A DNA stretch of 64,000 nt from a virus: positions 19,877 through 83,876 of the IMG/VR virus record IMGVR_UViG_3300009117_000047. One strand, written 5' to 3'. A program made the translations under genes and the position numbers. Positions within the stretch are counted from its first letter, which is position 1. Each line of letters opens with the position of its first letter. Below the pieces are notes generated by a model that did no database searches, was not told where the DNA came from, and was given only the letters and a program-made list of their open reading frames with translations. Positions 30,248-40,486 of this stretch are shown here, in pieces.

Positions 30248-30841
30248 TTAGTTTACTTTTCTAATTGCCATCAATGATTTTTTCAATGTTTCTAACGTAT
30301 CTAAATCATCAATAAGTCTTGGGTTTCCATTTGCTTCTTTATCCGCAGATTTACAAACTTCTTCTACTTTTTTCTGTGTATTTTCAGATATTGCAGACTT
30401 CGTTTTAAGCAAATCTACACATTCTTGCTGTAATTTGAGAACCTTTTTGATTTCCTCTGGCAAATCCTCACCTTCGTAAATATACAAACCTAAACCATGT
30501 CTTGCACATGCTTTTGTTAATGAACGCTGTATTGCTTTGTTTGCATCTGTTGACATAATGCTTTCAGCGGAAATAGACTTGTTTTTAAAATCCATAATAG
30601 GAAGAGTTTCAATGTGTTCAATATCGTTAATTGTAACGCTAGTTTCTACCCATCCAGATTTACCATCATCAAACCAAGGTCTATTATTTTCGTTTTTATA
30701 AGTTTTGTAATTTGCATCTGGATGCATTTTTTTAACCTCTGCCCATGCTGCTGCCCAAGACAAATAACTTAATCCGTTTTTTGTTTTTACTTTTTCTCTT
30801 ACATCAATGTCATACAGTTCCTTAAAATAATTTGTTTCCAA
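30248..30841 (-). CDS. Sak3/DUF1071-like single-strand annealing recombinase
   Basis: LSYLSWAAAW, LPIMDFKNK, NKAIQRSLTKACARHGLGLYIY.GEDLP; TTG start after AGGAGG. Confidence 0.85.
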   Translation of the reverse strand: METNYFKELYDIDVREKVKTKNGLSYLSWAAAWAEVKKMHPDANYKTYKNENNRPWFDDGKSGWVETSVTINDIEHIETLPIMDFKNKSISAESIMSTDANKAIQRSLTKACARHGLGLYIYEGEDLPEEIKKVLKLQQECVDLLKTKSAISENTQKKVEEVCKSADKEANGNPRLIDDLDTLETLKKSLMAIRKVN

Positions 30842-30854
30842 TGAATAATCCTCC

Positions 30855-31289
30855 TTAGAATGGCAATTTATCGTTTGATAATGGTAATTCAATTTCATCA
30901 TTTTTGCCTAAAAATTTAATTCCATTAGTAAACTTTCCCTTAACAACAGGAATGCCTTGAATCATTTCTATTCCTAATTCTGAATCTCTTGCTATATGTA
31001 GAATATCTAAAATCCTAAATTCGTTCTTCCCTAACAAGATAACCTCTGGTTGATACTTTAATATATTTTCGTTAATTTTTTGTTTTAGTTCGATTCCAGC
31101 TTTTAAAACTGGCTTAATTGCTTCAAGAGCAAGATATCCCCAGTCATTATCCCCACAAAGATGAAACCATCCGTCGTCTGTCTGAATTGTCAAGTCAATA
31201 GCTGGCGTTGTCGTATAATCATTGAATGGTTTAATTAAATCATTACTACAAGAAACTTTGTTAATTTTGAGCCCTATTTCTCCACCCAT
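30855..31289 (-). CDS. hypothetical protein
   Basis: ORF track, SD. Confidence 0.7.
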   Translation of the reverse strand: MGGEIGLKINKVSCSNDLIKPFNDYTTTPAIDLTIQTDDGWFHLCGDNDWGYLALEAIKPVLKAGIELKQKINENILKYQPEVILLGKNEFRILDILHIARDSELGIEMIQGIPVVKGKFTNGIKFLGKNDEIELPLSNDKLPF

Positions 31290-31562
31290 AATTTCCTCCT
31301 ATTTTATTTTCATTATCTATCCAAACGCTTTCAGCGATTACATAAAATAACTCTATGTGAAATCTATATAAACACTCTTCCGAGTGATTTTAAGATATAC
31401 GATAAAAAATCACTTTTATTGCTATTTCTATTCACAATTAATGGAATTTTATGCAAATTTCACTTATATTTGTTCATAATCTATGGTATTTACTCTCGTT
31501 TTCTGTATAAAACATATGTATTGTTTACATTTTTGTTTTAAATTAGAGTTTATTAGTTATGT

Positions 31563-31994
31563 TTATAAAGATTTAATAGAAATTTCCTCATGTTCTGGAA
31601 TAACTTGCTCTGGCACAACTTCAATTTCAATTCTTTTTAATTCTGGCTTATCATATTCGTAATACCAATCTGAAAAATAAGAACCTGATCTACCAAACCC
31701 CACATAAACCAGTAAGTCATATTCATTGGTAATACTTTTCCCACATGGATAACTCTCAATCGCCTTATCAAATTCCACTAACTGATATGTAGTACCGCCA
31801 CTCTCCCATTTGCCTTCACTAATAATATCGTCTTCTTCTACTTCGCATAAAACATACCATCTGCCATTTAATTCAACATCAAAATCCTCCATACCTCTTG
31901 TGTCGCATTCCTTTGGCAAATTTTCTTTTACCAAAGTAATTAATTCCTCTGGTGTTTCTTTAAAACTTTTAGCATTTTCTAAACTACAAAACAT
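31563..31994 (-). CDS. acidic hypothetical phage protein
   Basis: ORF track, SD. Confidence 0.7.
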   Translation of the reverse strand: MFCSLENAKSFKETPEELITLVKENLPKECDTRGMEDFDVELNGRWYVLCEVEEDDIISEGKWESGGTTYQLVEFDKAIESYPCGKSITNEYDLLVYVGFGRSGSYFSDWYYEYDKPELKRIEIEVVPEQVIPEHEEISIKSL

Positions 31995-32039
31995 TTTATT
32001 TTCCTCCTTATAATTTTGTTTTTAATTAGAGTTTATAAC

Positions 32040-32234
32040 CTATTCTTTTACCACTTCCCAATCATTTCTCCAAACCGTTGCATTGATCCATATTATATTA
32101 TCCTGTTCAATTTCTGTCCCGTCTTGTAAATGAACCCAAAGCTTGCCGTTCTTTCTAAACCAATAACCTTCCCATTCTGGCAATCTTACTTTATGACCAA
32201 AAAACATTAAATCAAATGCATTCCCGCCTGTCAT
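32040..32234 (-). CDS. DUF2829-like small protein
   Basis: KVRLPEWEGYW...NDWEVV. Confidence 0.55.
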   Translation of the reverse strand: MTGGNAFDLMFFGHKVRLPEWEGYWFRKNGKLWVHLQDGTEIEQDNIIWINATVWRNDWEVVKE

Positions 32235-32292
32235 TGATTATCCTCCTTATATTCATTATTGTTTTTAATTAGAGTTTATAACTTGCTTTTTA

Positions 32293-32321
32293 ATATTAAC
32301 ATTGACTGTCTATATTGTCAA
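32293..32321 (-). promoter_or_regulatory. sigma-A promoter TTGACA-17-TAATAT
   Basis: Consensus -35; flanked by 20-mer copies at 32261 and 32327. Confidence 0.7.
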
Positions 32322-32348
32322 TAGCTATTTTAAATTAGAGTTATAGAT

Positions 32349-32651
32349 TTATTTTTCTACACTCTCATACATCTGTTCAAATTTATCTTTTTTATATGGA
32401 GAAATTTCTCCATTATTACGCATAACAACATAATCACCTACATTAATCAGTTTTCTACCTTTTGCTGTCTTAACGAACAATAAAACTGGTGGTTCATCAT
32501 TAATTAAACCTTCGTATCCGTAAAACAATTTGCCCGTCTTGTACGCTAGTTCTGCCCATTCTGGAACACAGAACTCCCCTTTAGAATTAATTAAATCACC
32601 GTCGTATTGAAACGCATCAATCAATACTGGTCTCTTTCTATATTTACTCAT
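32349..32651 (-). CDS. conserved phage protein (YRKRPV-I-A-Q / GDY type)
   Basis: KYRKRPVLIDAFQY...VGDYVV...F...YE. Confidence 0.7.
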   Translation of the reverse strand: MSKYRKRPVLIDAFQYDGDLINSKGEFCVPEWAELAYKTGKLFYGYEGLINDEPPVLLFVKTAKGRKLINVGDYVVMRNNGEISPYKKDKFEQMYESVEK

Positions 32652-32708
32652 GTTTAACATCCTTTCTTATAATTTAAAACATCGGTTTTATTGGTTAATC
32701 TTTTAAAT

Positions 32709-33257
32709 TTAAATATCATATCTTTTTGTGTCTCCGTATTCATCTCCTACATCTAACATATCAAAATGAAGGTCAATTATATCAGTATCATTGATTTCAT
32801 CGTAATCGAAAAAGTCTTCAATTTTCTGTTTTTCGCTTATAACAATATACAAATTTCCTTCATCGCTAATATATGATTTTTGCGATTCGTTGTTTTCGTC
32901 GCTATCTCCAATCCAACTGACATAATAATCATAATGCTCCACCGTTAGAGATTGATTTTCTTCATAATAAGTATTAATCAAATCAAAACTTATTGATGTT
33001 ATGTCATTATACTTAACCAATCTATCAAATACATTCTCTTTGGAATCTAATTGTTCAAATGGTCTATGAGGACTATTGGCATCTTTATGTATCTCAATAA
33101 TAAATTTATTACAAACATCCATTTTACCAATTGCATTACAAGCAATTCTACGTATAGATGTTGTGATATCCCCTACTAAAAAATTCCCTATATATTTCCC
33201 GTCTATTGTAATGTAATCACAATTTTCCAATCCAAACGTTATAGTTTTTAATTTCAT
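32709..33257 (-). CDS. hypothetical phage protein
   Basis: ORF track, SD. Confidence 0.7.
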   Translation of the reverse strand: MKLKTITFGLENCDYITIDGKYIGNFLVGDITTSIRRIACNAIGKMDVCNKFIIEIHKDANSPHRPFEQLDSKENVFDRLVKYNDITSISFDLINTYYEENQSLTVEHYDYYVSWIGDSDENNESQKSYISDEGNLYIVISEKQKIEDFFDYDEINDTDIIDLHFDMLDVGDEYGDTKRYDI

Positions 33258-33272
33258 TTGTTTCCTCCCTAT

Positions 33273-33545
33273 TTACTCATCAAATTTCTCTAACATCTCT
33301 TCGTAATATGTAATTTCATCTTCGATATGTTCTCTTATTTTATCTTCAAGTTGCTTTTTCGCATCATTTATTGAAATCGCATTAATATAATTATCTCCAC
33401 CTCGTAAAATATCAGAAAGATACCAGAACGTGCCTTCTGCTCCCTGTACAAAAGTTAGAATAATTTCATCGTCATCATAAAAATGTATAAAATGCAATTC
33501 ATAACTTCCATCCCTATAAGTCCAATATTTGTTTTTATTCATCAC
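33273..33545 (-). CDS. hypothetical protein
   Basis: ORF track, SD. Confidence 0.65.
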   Translation of the reverse strand: MMNKNKYWTYRDGSYELHFIHFYDDDEIILTFVQGAEGTFWYLSDILRGGDNYINAISINDAKKQLEDKIREHIEDEITYYEEMLEKFDE

Positions 33546-33639
33546 GTAACCTCCTTACAACTTAAAATGAAAATTTTATTCGGTTATCAATACTATGTAT
33601 AGTATATTTATTTAATTGATACTACTATATGTAGTTGTC

Positions 33640-34483
33640 TTATTCGCCTACGTAAATTAATCTTTCAATATACTCTCTATCTTCGCCTTTAAAAATAGGA
33701 ATATCCTTATCAATAAGCCATCTTGTTGTATTTTTTGGGAGAATACATCAAAAACCCTTCAACCCAACAATGTTTAGTGACACAAGTTCCACGCTTTTGA
33801 TACGTCGGAAGGTCGTTCCAGTTAATTTCTTTTTGTATCATCAACATATCTTGAATCATATTACAAGATTTATTATGCAATTCTTTATGGCTAAAGTTTG
33901 CTTGACCAACCATCTGAATACTATTTCTAGTAGCGTCTAATTGTCTCCAATAGATATAATTTGCAACTTCTTCTTTTGGAATATTAAAGCAACGAGTATC
34001 AAACATAGCACAATTCATTTTTTTAAAATACACATCAAACATTGCATTTGCTTTTTCTGAATTGCCTGTGTTATTCTTACATAGTTCTTTTCTGACTTTA
34101 TATTCACTTTCCACAATGTTATTAAAAAATTTATTAAAAGCCATTGTTGCCATACTAGCAGCTACACTGCACATTTTTTGAACTTCATAATCAAACCATG
34201 CGTCCGTTGTTAATCTCTGATAGTCAATCAAGACAAGACTGATTTCGTCAGATTGAGTATAGCCCAGTACACACCCCTGAATATTCTCACAAAGATATTT
34301 TGTTGTTTCCTGCATAGTCTTAATCAGAATATCATCAAATGGCCTATTCATTCCTTTTGTAAAAGTATGAAACGCTTTACCGTCAATACGAATAATAACA
34401 GGTGTTCTTCTCATTAATTTTGTTTTTGGAATTTGTTCATAATATTCTTTCATTCTCTTGTCTAATTCGTCGTTTACTGGCAT
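33640..34483 (-). CDS. thg1: tRNA(His) guanylyltransferase Thg1-like 3'-5' polymerase; C-terminus frameshifted (in-frame stop at 33710)
   Basis: RIDGKAFHTFT, GYTQSDEIS, FDTR, WRQLDATRNS, KRGT; +1 frame continues RWLIDKDIPIFKGEDREYIERLIYVGE. Confidence 0.9.
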
Positions 34484-34485
34484 AA

Positions 34486-34896
34486 CTAAACCTCCATCAT
34501 TTTTCTTAACTCTTGTTCTCTGTCAAATACTAATTCGCTGTAATTATTAAACCCTAAATCCTCTTGTAAATCTTTTATTGATGGATTTTCTACTTTTTTA
34601 TAAGTGTGTTCTATGGTTAATTTAACTAATTCATCTCTATATATTCTTTTACGGGCGATATCGTAATCATTAATGTAAATTCTATTTTTAAACTTAGTTT
34701 TATATCCTTCAAATCCGTCGATATAATTGTTTATCTTTGAAAGTTTTTCCCACGCAGTATCAGTAAATTCTTCATATGTATCTTCTGGCATAATTCCGTA
34801 TTTATAACGCCATCCACCAATATCATTAACTATCGTTTTACCGTTACTTAAAAATAATTTAACTTCTAATTTTCCTGTTTTATAAACACATTTCAA
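34486..34896 (-). CDS. hypothetical protein
   Basis: ORF track, SD+TTG. Confidence 0.7.
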   Translation of the reverse strand: MKCVYKTGKLEVKLFLSNGKTIVNDIGGWRYKYGIMPEDTYEEFTDTAWEKLSKINNYIDGFEGYKTKFKNRIYINDYDIARKRIYRDELVKLTIEHTYKKVENPSIKDLQEDLGFNNYSELVFDREQELRKMMEV

Positions 34897-34928
34897 TAGT
34901 TTACCTCCTTTAAAATTACTCTTTTATT

Positions 34929-35606
34929 TTAATCAATAATTTCTGTTTCAAGTTTAATCACTCTAATTGATGCAATCATGCTCATAAGTTCGTTCATGGA
35001 TTCTATTTCTAAATCTGTTCCATAACCCGTACCATCATAAAACTCAGCAGTCAAACATCCATCTTTTTTCGCAAAGCCATTTTCACCATCTTCAAACATC
35101 CCTTGTAAATCATCTCTAAGAGATTCTACTTGGTCAAAGAAGCAAGAAGACCAATGCCCTTTAGTAGTATATTCAACTGTCAAATACTTTCTAAAATCAT
35201 CTTCTGCTACAAATAGCACTTCATATGCAACTTTGTATTCTGCATTACTACAATGATCAACATATGAATCAGTAACCGTTGGTAGTTGTGAGCTGTGATC
35301 TTTAACAAAATAAGGAATATAATAATCTGTGGCAAATTTTAAATCTTTGCCGTCTGCATATGTCCTACTCCTCTGACAAAGTTGAACATCTTCTCGTAGC
35401 TTATCAAAAATATATGTATTGTTATTTTCTTTGTCTTTTTTAAAATATGAAATAACTTCTCCGTTAGATTCAATTCTGCCTACAAATGTTCCATGCCTAT
35501 CACCATTCCACTTATAACCATCTTCAACTGTGATGAAGGTATTGTTTTTTAACTCTGTATAATCAGGAATATCAAAGTATGAACACACTTCAATTTGATT
35601 TTTCAT
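34929..35606 (-). CDS. hypothetical protein
   Basis: ORF track, SD. Confidence 0.75.
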   Translation of the reverse strand: MKNQIEVCSYFDIPDYTELKNNTFITVEDGYKWNGDRHGTFVGRIESNGEVISYFKKDKENNNTYIFDKLREDVQLCQRSRTYADGKDLKFATDYYIPYFVKDHSSQLPTVTDSYVDHCSNAEYKVAYEVLFVAEDDFRKYLTVEYTTKGHWSSCFFDQVESLRDDLQGMFEDGENGFAKKDGCLTAEFYDGTGYGTDLEIESMNELMSMIASIRVIKLETEIID

Positions 35607-35621
35607 ATACTAATCCTCCTT

Positions 35622-35918
35622 TTATTCTTCTTCTAAATAACAATCAATGTCATCATCAATAAAACTATCTAGAATATTTGATATATGTTCAATAAATTTT
35701 TCTGAAAATACTGAGATAAAATCTTCTAAGTCACAAATACTATCATCTCCCCACACTATATTGCATTCATCTGGTGATACTAAATCATTATCAGAACTTG
35801 GCATTTTTAGGACTCCTGTTTCGTAAACAATGTCACTAATTACTTCATTCATATCATAACCTTCTGGTTCTGTTATATATCTTTTTACAGCCATTAAAGT
35901 TTTCTTATGCGCTTTCAA
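35622..35918 (-). CDS. hypothetical protein
   Basis: ORF track, SD+TTG. Confidence 0.7.
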   Translation of the reverse strand: MKAHKKTLMAVKRYITEPEGYDMNEVISDIVYETGVLKMPSSDNDLVSPDECNIVWGDDSICDLEDFISVFSEKFIEHISNILDSFIDDDIDCYLEEE

Positions 35919-35931
35919 AATAGTCCTCCTA

Positions 35932-36141
35932 TCAGTCTACCAAATCAAAATATTTTCTTATTTCTCCAATGTTATCCAAAACTGATACTAAATTTCCATT
36001 ACCAAAATCAACCTTAATTCCATCATTCATTGGGACACATTCAAATTCATCACCAACGTTTATATTCTTAAATACATCTGAATACTCACCAACATTAATT
36101 TCAATCTCTTGTTTCGCTTTTAATCTCATATTAACCTCCAA
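35932..36141 (-). CDS. hypothetical protein (start probably MRLK)
   Basis: ORF track. Confidence 0.6.
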   Translation of the reverse strand: MEVNMRLKAKQEIEINVGEYSDVFKNINVGDEFECVPMNDGIKVDFGNGNLVSVLDNIGEIRKYFDLVD

Positions 36142-36169
36142 TTTTCAACTTAAAATGTTCGTTTTATCT

Positions 36170-36541
36170 TTATTTAGTTTTATTTGTATTTGAAGTCTTT
36201 ACTTTTATTGTGAATGTACCCATCACAACAAACAATATGATATATGTCCATGTTCCTACAATGTTGAATCCACCAATAAACCTGTCCATTAATAATAATT
36301 CAACTAAATTTAATACTGGGGCTAAAAATACGCACATTATTAATGGCAAACATCCTACAAGTAAAGGTGTTGTCAATGTAGAAATCATTAATAACCAACC
36401 ATACAAAAAATTTAATACAAATGGAATAATAGATACGATTAACAATGTTTGCATTCCATCAATTTGTACGTTGTTTGGAAAGTAAGTCATACCAATCCAA
36501 AACATAGCGAAAATTATAACTAGATTTAGTATTCTTCTCAT
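36170..36541 (-). CDS. 4-TM membrane protein, phage holin superfamily IV (YvlD-like)
   Basis: Four hydrophobic helices with ...GGF.I.G.W pattern. Confidence 0.6.
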   Translation of the reverse strand: MRRILNLVIIFAMFWIGMTYFPNNVQIDGMQTLLIVSIIPFVLNFLYGWLLMISTLTTPLLVGCLPLIMCVFLAPVLNLVELLLMDRFIGGFNIVGTWTYIILFVVMGTFTIKVKTSNTNKTK

Positions 36542-36575
36542 TTGATTCCTCCTTAAATTCGTGTTTTTAAGTTAA

Positions 36576-36914
36576 TTATTCTACATTTTCACATTCAACA
36601 ATGTTAGGATATAATGACAACAAAGGCACTCTATATCCTCTTGTTTCAAATTTATATGTTTCTCCAATTTCAATTTGTGCATATACATCTGAAGAATTAA
36701 ATTTTGTCAAAAGTAAACTATCTACATTTTCAAACACTTGGGAATTTCCATTTGCATCTTTTGTAAAAATCAAATACTTGCTTTCGTCCTTACTATTCTT
36801 AACTACTTTATCAGTTACCGTTCCCACAATCTCTTGTTTGTTAGAGACTCTTTGAAAAACACTACCAGTAATTAACGCTACTACGCATACACACATAACA
36901 ATAAATTTTTTCAT
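36576..36914 (-). CDS. secreted/anchored DUF1523-like protein
   Basis: N-terminal TM; VFENVDSLL..KFNSSD...GYRVP.LS.YPNI. Confidence 0.6.
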   Translation of the reverse strand: MKKFIVMCVCVVALITGSVFQRVSNKQEIVGTVTDKVVKNSKDESKYLIFTKDANGNSQVFENVDSLLLTKFNSSDVYAQIEIGETYKFETRGYRVPLLSLYPNIVECENVE

Positions 36915-37172
36915 TTTTTATCCTCCTAAATTAATCTTCAATTTTTGAAATTGCAATATCTTCCATAACATATCCAAGTTCTGACTTAATTTCTTTAACC
37001 TTTTCATATGTTTCATCTGACATTTCAATTTCAAATTCATATTCACTTGTTAAATCTTCAATTTTATATTTACTCATATTATCCTTCTCCTTAAAATTCA
37101 TATTTTATGTACTTTTATATACTATATATTGTGTTTATTTTGTTCGTTAATACTATATTTTGTGGTATAAAT

Positions 37173-37859
37173 TTATTTTTCTTTATAATCCCATAAATAT
37201 AATGCTTCATATACTTTTAGCGGTATTTTATCCTTATATTCTTCAGCAATTTTTCTAATGTGTTCAATTTGCTTACAACCATGTGCATCAACAGCGTCTT
37301 CTAATTTGTTAAATACTCCAATGTTATTCCCGTTATATTTTGCTAAATATTTGCCATTTTTAATTAAAGTAATTCCGTTTGGTAAATTACGACTGTTCCT
37401 CTTTTGCATAAATAACATATTTATTCTTTGCGGTACTATTAAGCATGTGTCTGGTGAGTATATTTTATTGTTTTTAATTAAAATATCTTTATCCAAATGC
37501 ATCCTCTCATTATCTACCTGATAATAATTTTTAAAATACCACTCTGCAAAATTTTGATAGTTGTGCCACTCCTTACATACTGTACAAATGTTATAATATG
37601 ATTTGTATTTTATGCAGCTTTTTTCTGAATAACATCTTTCTAATATTCCTCTCCATATATAATAAATGTTAATTGGATTGCTTTTAATTGAAGACCATTC
37701 GCCTTCTCCTAAATAACCAATATTATAGGTTGTTTTATCATAAGGATTTAATACACTACCTCGTTTAAAATTTGAATATGTAGTTTTAGTTATAAAATTA
37801 TTATCATCTAAGAACATTATTTTAATATCATTAATTCCGTGTGACTCAATAATTTCCAT
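37173..37859 (-). CDS. HNH homing endonuclease
   Basis: W..IL.RCY, CKEWHNYQNFAEW, LDKDIL, YSPDTCLIVP..IN, AP2-like C-terminus. Confidence 0.8.
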   Translation of the reverse strand: MEIIESHGINDIKIMFLDDNNFITKTTYSNFKRGSVLNPYDKTTYNIGYLGEGEWSSIKSNPINIYYIWRGILERCYSEKSCIKYKSYYNICTVCKEWHNYQNFAEWYFKNYYQVDNERMHLDKDILIKNNKIYSPDTCLIVPQRINMLFMQKRNSRNLPNGITLIKNGKYLAKYNGNNIGVFNKLEDAVDAHGCKQIEHIRKIAEEYKDKIPLKVYEALYLWDYKEK

Positions 37860-37943
37860 TACAGTGCCATATGTGTTTTTATTTGTTTCTCCAATTTTTA
37901 TTATTCATCATCCTTTATTATTATATTATTTAAATCATTTTTT

Positions 37944-38273
37944 TTATTTTGTAATCCCAACCGCATTAATAATAAATTCGTCAATAACTAAAACACCATC
38001 TTCATTTTTATGTGTTTTAAGTACACTACAATCTGTTCCACCAAATCTTAAAATACCATCTACATTAACTGTAGAATCCTTTTTTGAATATTTTGCATTA
38101 GTTACCACACCAATCACAATATCTTCGTCACCAGTTTTATCAATAATTGCTGCACCTTTATATGTACTTTCAGCATTAATAATTGCTTCTTCTGTGTAAA
38201 TATTTCCGTTACAATCTGGTCTATTAACTGGCATAGGTAATTCAAGCCTGACTTTTACGTTCTCACATCTCAT
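37944..38273 (-). CDS. hypothetical protein
   Basis: ORF track, SD. Confidence 0.7.
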   Translation of the reverse strand: MRCENVKVRLELPMPVNRPDCNGNIYTEEAIINAESTYKGAAIIDKTGDEDIVIGVVTNAKYSKKDSTVNVDGILRFGGTDCSVLKTHKNEDGVLVIDEFIINAVGITK

Positions 38274-38464
38274 GATTTATCCTCCTTAATTTTATTGTTC
38301 TGGTATTCCGTTGCGATTTCTTCTAATGTTTTATAAGTACCATCTTCGTTTTGTACATCAACTTCAGACATTTTCTTTATAAACATAGTCCATGCTATTA
38401 GACTTTCCTTTTCCGTATAACACTTTTCAATATTTATTATGTCCATCATTTCTTTATCTGTCAT
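38270..38464 (-). CDS. hypothetical protein
   Basis: ORF track, SD. Confidence 0.6.
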   Translation of the reverse strand: MTDKEMMDIINIEKCYTEKESLIAWTMFIKKMSEVDVQNEDGTYKTLEEIATEYQNNKIKEDKS

Positions 38465-38491
38465 TTTTCACCTCCACTTAAAAGAAACATT

Positions 38492-38764
38492 TTATTGTCC
38501 ATAAAATACATTTTTATGCTTTCTAAAATATCCTACCATAAAGTTAATGGTGTCTTTATGCTCTTCATATGTTCCATAGTTTTCTAATTCATCTTCTAAA
38601 ATATCTGCAAATAAAATACATTTATCAATAGTATGTTTAGGAATTCTCAGACCACCAAAATTAAACTCTTGACTATGTATATTTGTATCTTCTTTATTTA
38701 TAATGCATCCATTCATTTTTTGTTCTTTAATAGTATCTTGAATTATTTCACCTAACGTTTTCAT
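38492..38764 (-). CDS. hypothetical protein
   Basis: ORF track. Confidence 0.65.
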   Translation of the reverse strand: MKTLGEIIQDTIKEQKMNGCIINKEDTNIHSQEFNFGGLRIPKHTIDKCILFADILEDELENYGTYEEHKDTINFMVGYFRKHKNVFYGQ

Positions 38765-38768
38765 TCCC

Positions 38769-39095
38769 TCATCTCATTTCTGTAATTTTAATTCCTGTTA
38801 GCTCTGATAAAAATTCAAATCCTTCATCTGATACAAAGTACTCCTGTGGGTTACTACCCACACCATTTTCAAATTTTCTTTTAATCATTAATCCTTGTTC
38901 AACTAAGTTATCTAAAGTATCTACGTTATCTGATGTGGTAAAATAATTTCTGTACGCTTCCATTTTTCTATGTTTTGTTCCAGTTACTTTGCTATCAGAA
39001 AACCCTATACAGTGTTTCATGTGCCTAATTTGTTCATATGTAAAATTATAGTTTTTCATTAACCGACTCCTTAATCTTTTTCTTCTTAACTGCAA
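38769..39095 (-). CDS. hypothetical phage protein (start probably MKNY)
   Basis: HMKHCIGF...YRNYF...L..L...GLM pattern. Confidence 0.65.
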   Translation of the reverse strand: MQLRRKRLRSRLMKNYNFTYEQIRHMKHCIGFSDSKVTGTKHRKMEAYRNYFTTSDNVDTLDNLVEQGLMIKRKFENGVGSNPQEYFVSDEGFEFLSELTGIKITEMR

Positions 39096-39624
39096 TTGGT
39101 TTAATATTTTCTACGATAGCATCTTCCAAGCATTCTTTAACATCTTCTTTACTAATTGTTTTCTTAGAAATTTCTTTAATACATTCATCAAATTTTTCAT
39201 CTGTCGATGCAGTCATAACCTCGATGTGTTGTTTAGAAATATCCTCTATTCTTTTAGTTTTCTCATCAATGTTTTTATTAACTTCTAAAAGTAATTTTGT
39301 ATTATCAATCAAAACGTTCCCTAAACAATCACCCAAATTAATATCTTTCATAATAGACTCTAATTGTTTTAGTTCCATAATTTTAGTTTTAATTGCTGTC
39401 TGTAATCCGATTGTAAATATTTCTTTAGCTATTTTATGACTTTCGTTGCTTAATGAAAAAGGAATAATGCTACTCAACCAAGAGGAAGAAAACTTTATAT
39501 CTCCATTCTCGATATAAACATAATTTGCATCGCTTTTGCTTTCTAAATTATCAATTCTTACCGCAAATATTGGCTTTCCGTTTTTAGCTATCATTATTTC
39601 CCTTGTATTTATTAAATCATCCAT
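39046..39624 (-). CDS. hypothetical protein
   Basis: ORF track. Confidence 0.65.
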   Translation of the reverse strand: MDDLINTREIMIAKNGKPIFAVRIDNLESKSDANYVYIENGDIKFSSSWLSSIIPFSLSNESHKIAKEIFTIGLQTAIKTKIMELKQLESIMKDINLGDCLGNVLIDNTKLLLEVNKNIDEKTKRIEDISKQHIEVMTASTDEKFDECIKEISKKTISKEDVKECLEDAIVENIKPIAVKKKKIKESVNEKL

Positions 39625-39895
39625 TATTTTCTTCCTTTCTAATCATCTTCAATATAAATGGTTGCTCTTTATATGTAACTGAATACTCTTCGTTTTCTAC
39701 TCTTTCTCCATCTTTGAACTCGCTCATATGTTGCATAAACCATTGAAACACTGCTGAAATTGCATCCTTAGTAAAATCTTGTTTATCTCCAGTCATTTCC
39801 CATAAACTAGGGTCTGCTTTACACTGCTTTGCGTTTGCTAAATAAATCGTGTCACTTACATCTGATACCAGTAATTTCTTCATTAAGTTAATCAC
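39617..39895 (-). CDS. hypothetical phage protein
   Basis: ORF track. Confidence 0.65.
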   Translation of the reverse strand: MINLMKKLLVSDVSDTIYLANAKQCKADPSLWEMTGDKQDFTKDAISAVFQWFMQHMSEFKDGERVENEEYSVTYKEQPFILKMIRKEENNG

Positions 39896-40314
39896 ATTTC
39901 CTTTCTATGTCCACAGCATGGCTGACAATAACAGCATGGTAAATTTGTAGCCCCACAAATAGCAGAATCATTTTCATTAATTGCCTTACTTTCCATTAAA
40001 CCTTCAGCTTTTACAACTCTGTCTGATAATTCTTGGTTACTATTTTCTAAATCAGCAATAATACTCGACTGCAATTTAAAACCAAAATCTAATTCTTTTA
40101 TTCTGATGCTCAAAGTTTCATTTTCTTTTTGTAATTGTTGAATAATATCAATCCAATTATTTATGTAATCTAAAGAATTTCCGTCAAAATCATCAAATAA
40201 CTCACATCTGTTACAATTATTATTTGTTTTACAATTGTCTAAATATTGTTGCTTTAAACAGTTTAACGATTTTAAAGTATTATTAATTAAAATATTGTCC
40301 AATTTAGATACCAC
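39892..40314 (-). CDS. hypothetical coiled-coil/Cys-rich protein
   Basis: ORF track. Confidence 0.65.
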   Translation of the reverse strand: MVSKLDNILINNTLKSLNCLKQQYLDNCKTNNNCNRCELFDDFDGNSLDYINNWIDIIQQLQKENETLSIRIKELDFGFKLQSSIIADLENSNQELSDRVVKAEGLMESKAINENDSAICGATNLPCCYCQPCCGHRKEM

Positions 40315-40486
40315 CCTCCTTTCACCCTATAAAATCACAGATTTATTTATTATCCATACATAAAAAGTATAATTAACCCAAATATCATAATTATCGGCTC
40401 TGGAGCTATTTTCCGCATAATCACAAAATATAATATTTCTATGATAGAAAAAGCAGTTATGTAAAACACACTAAACAATTGATTTG

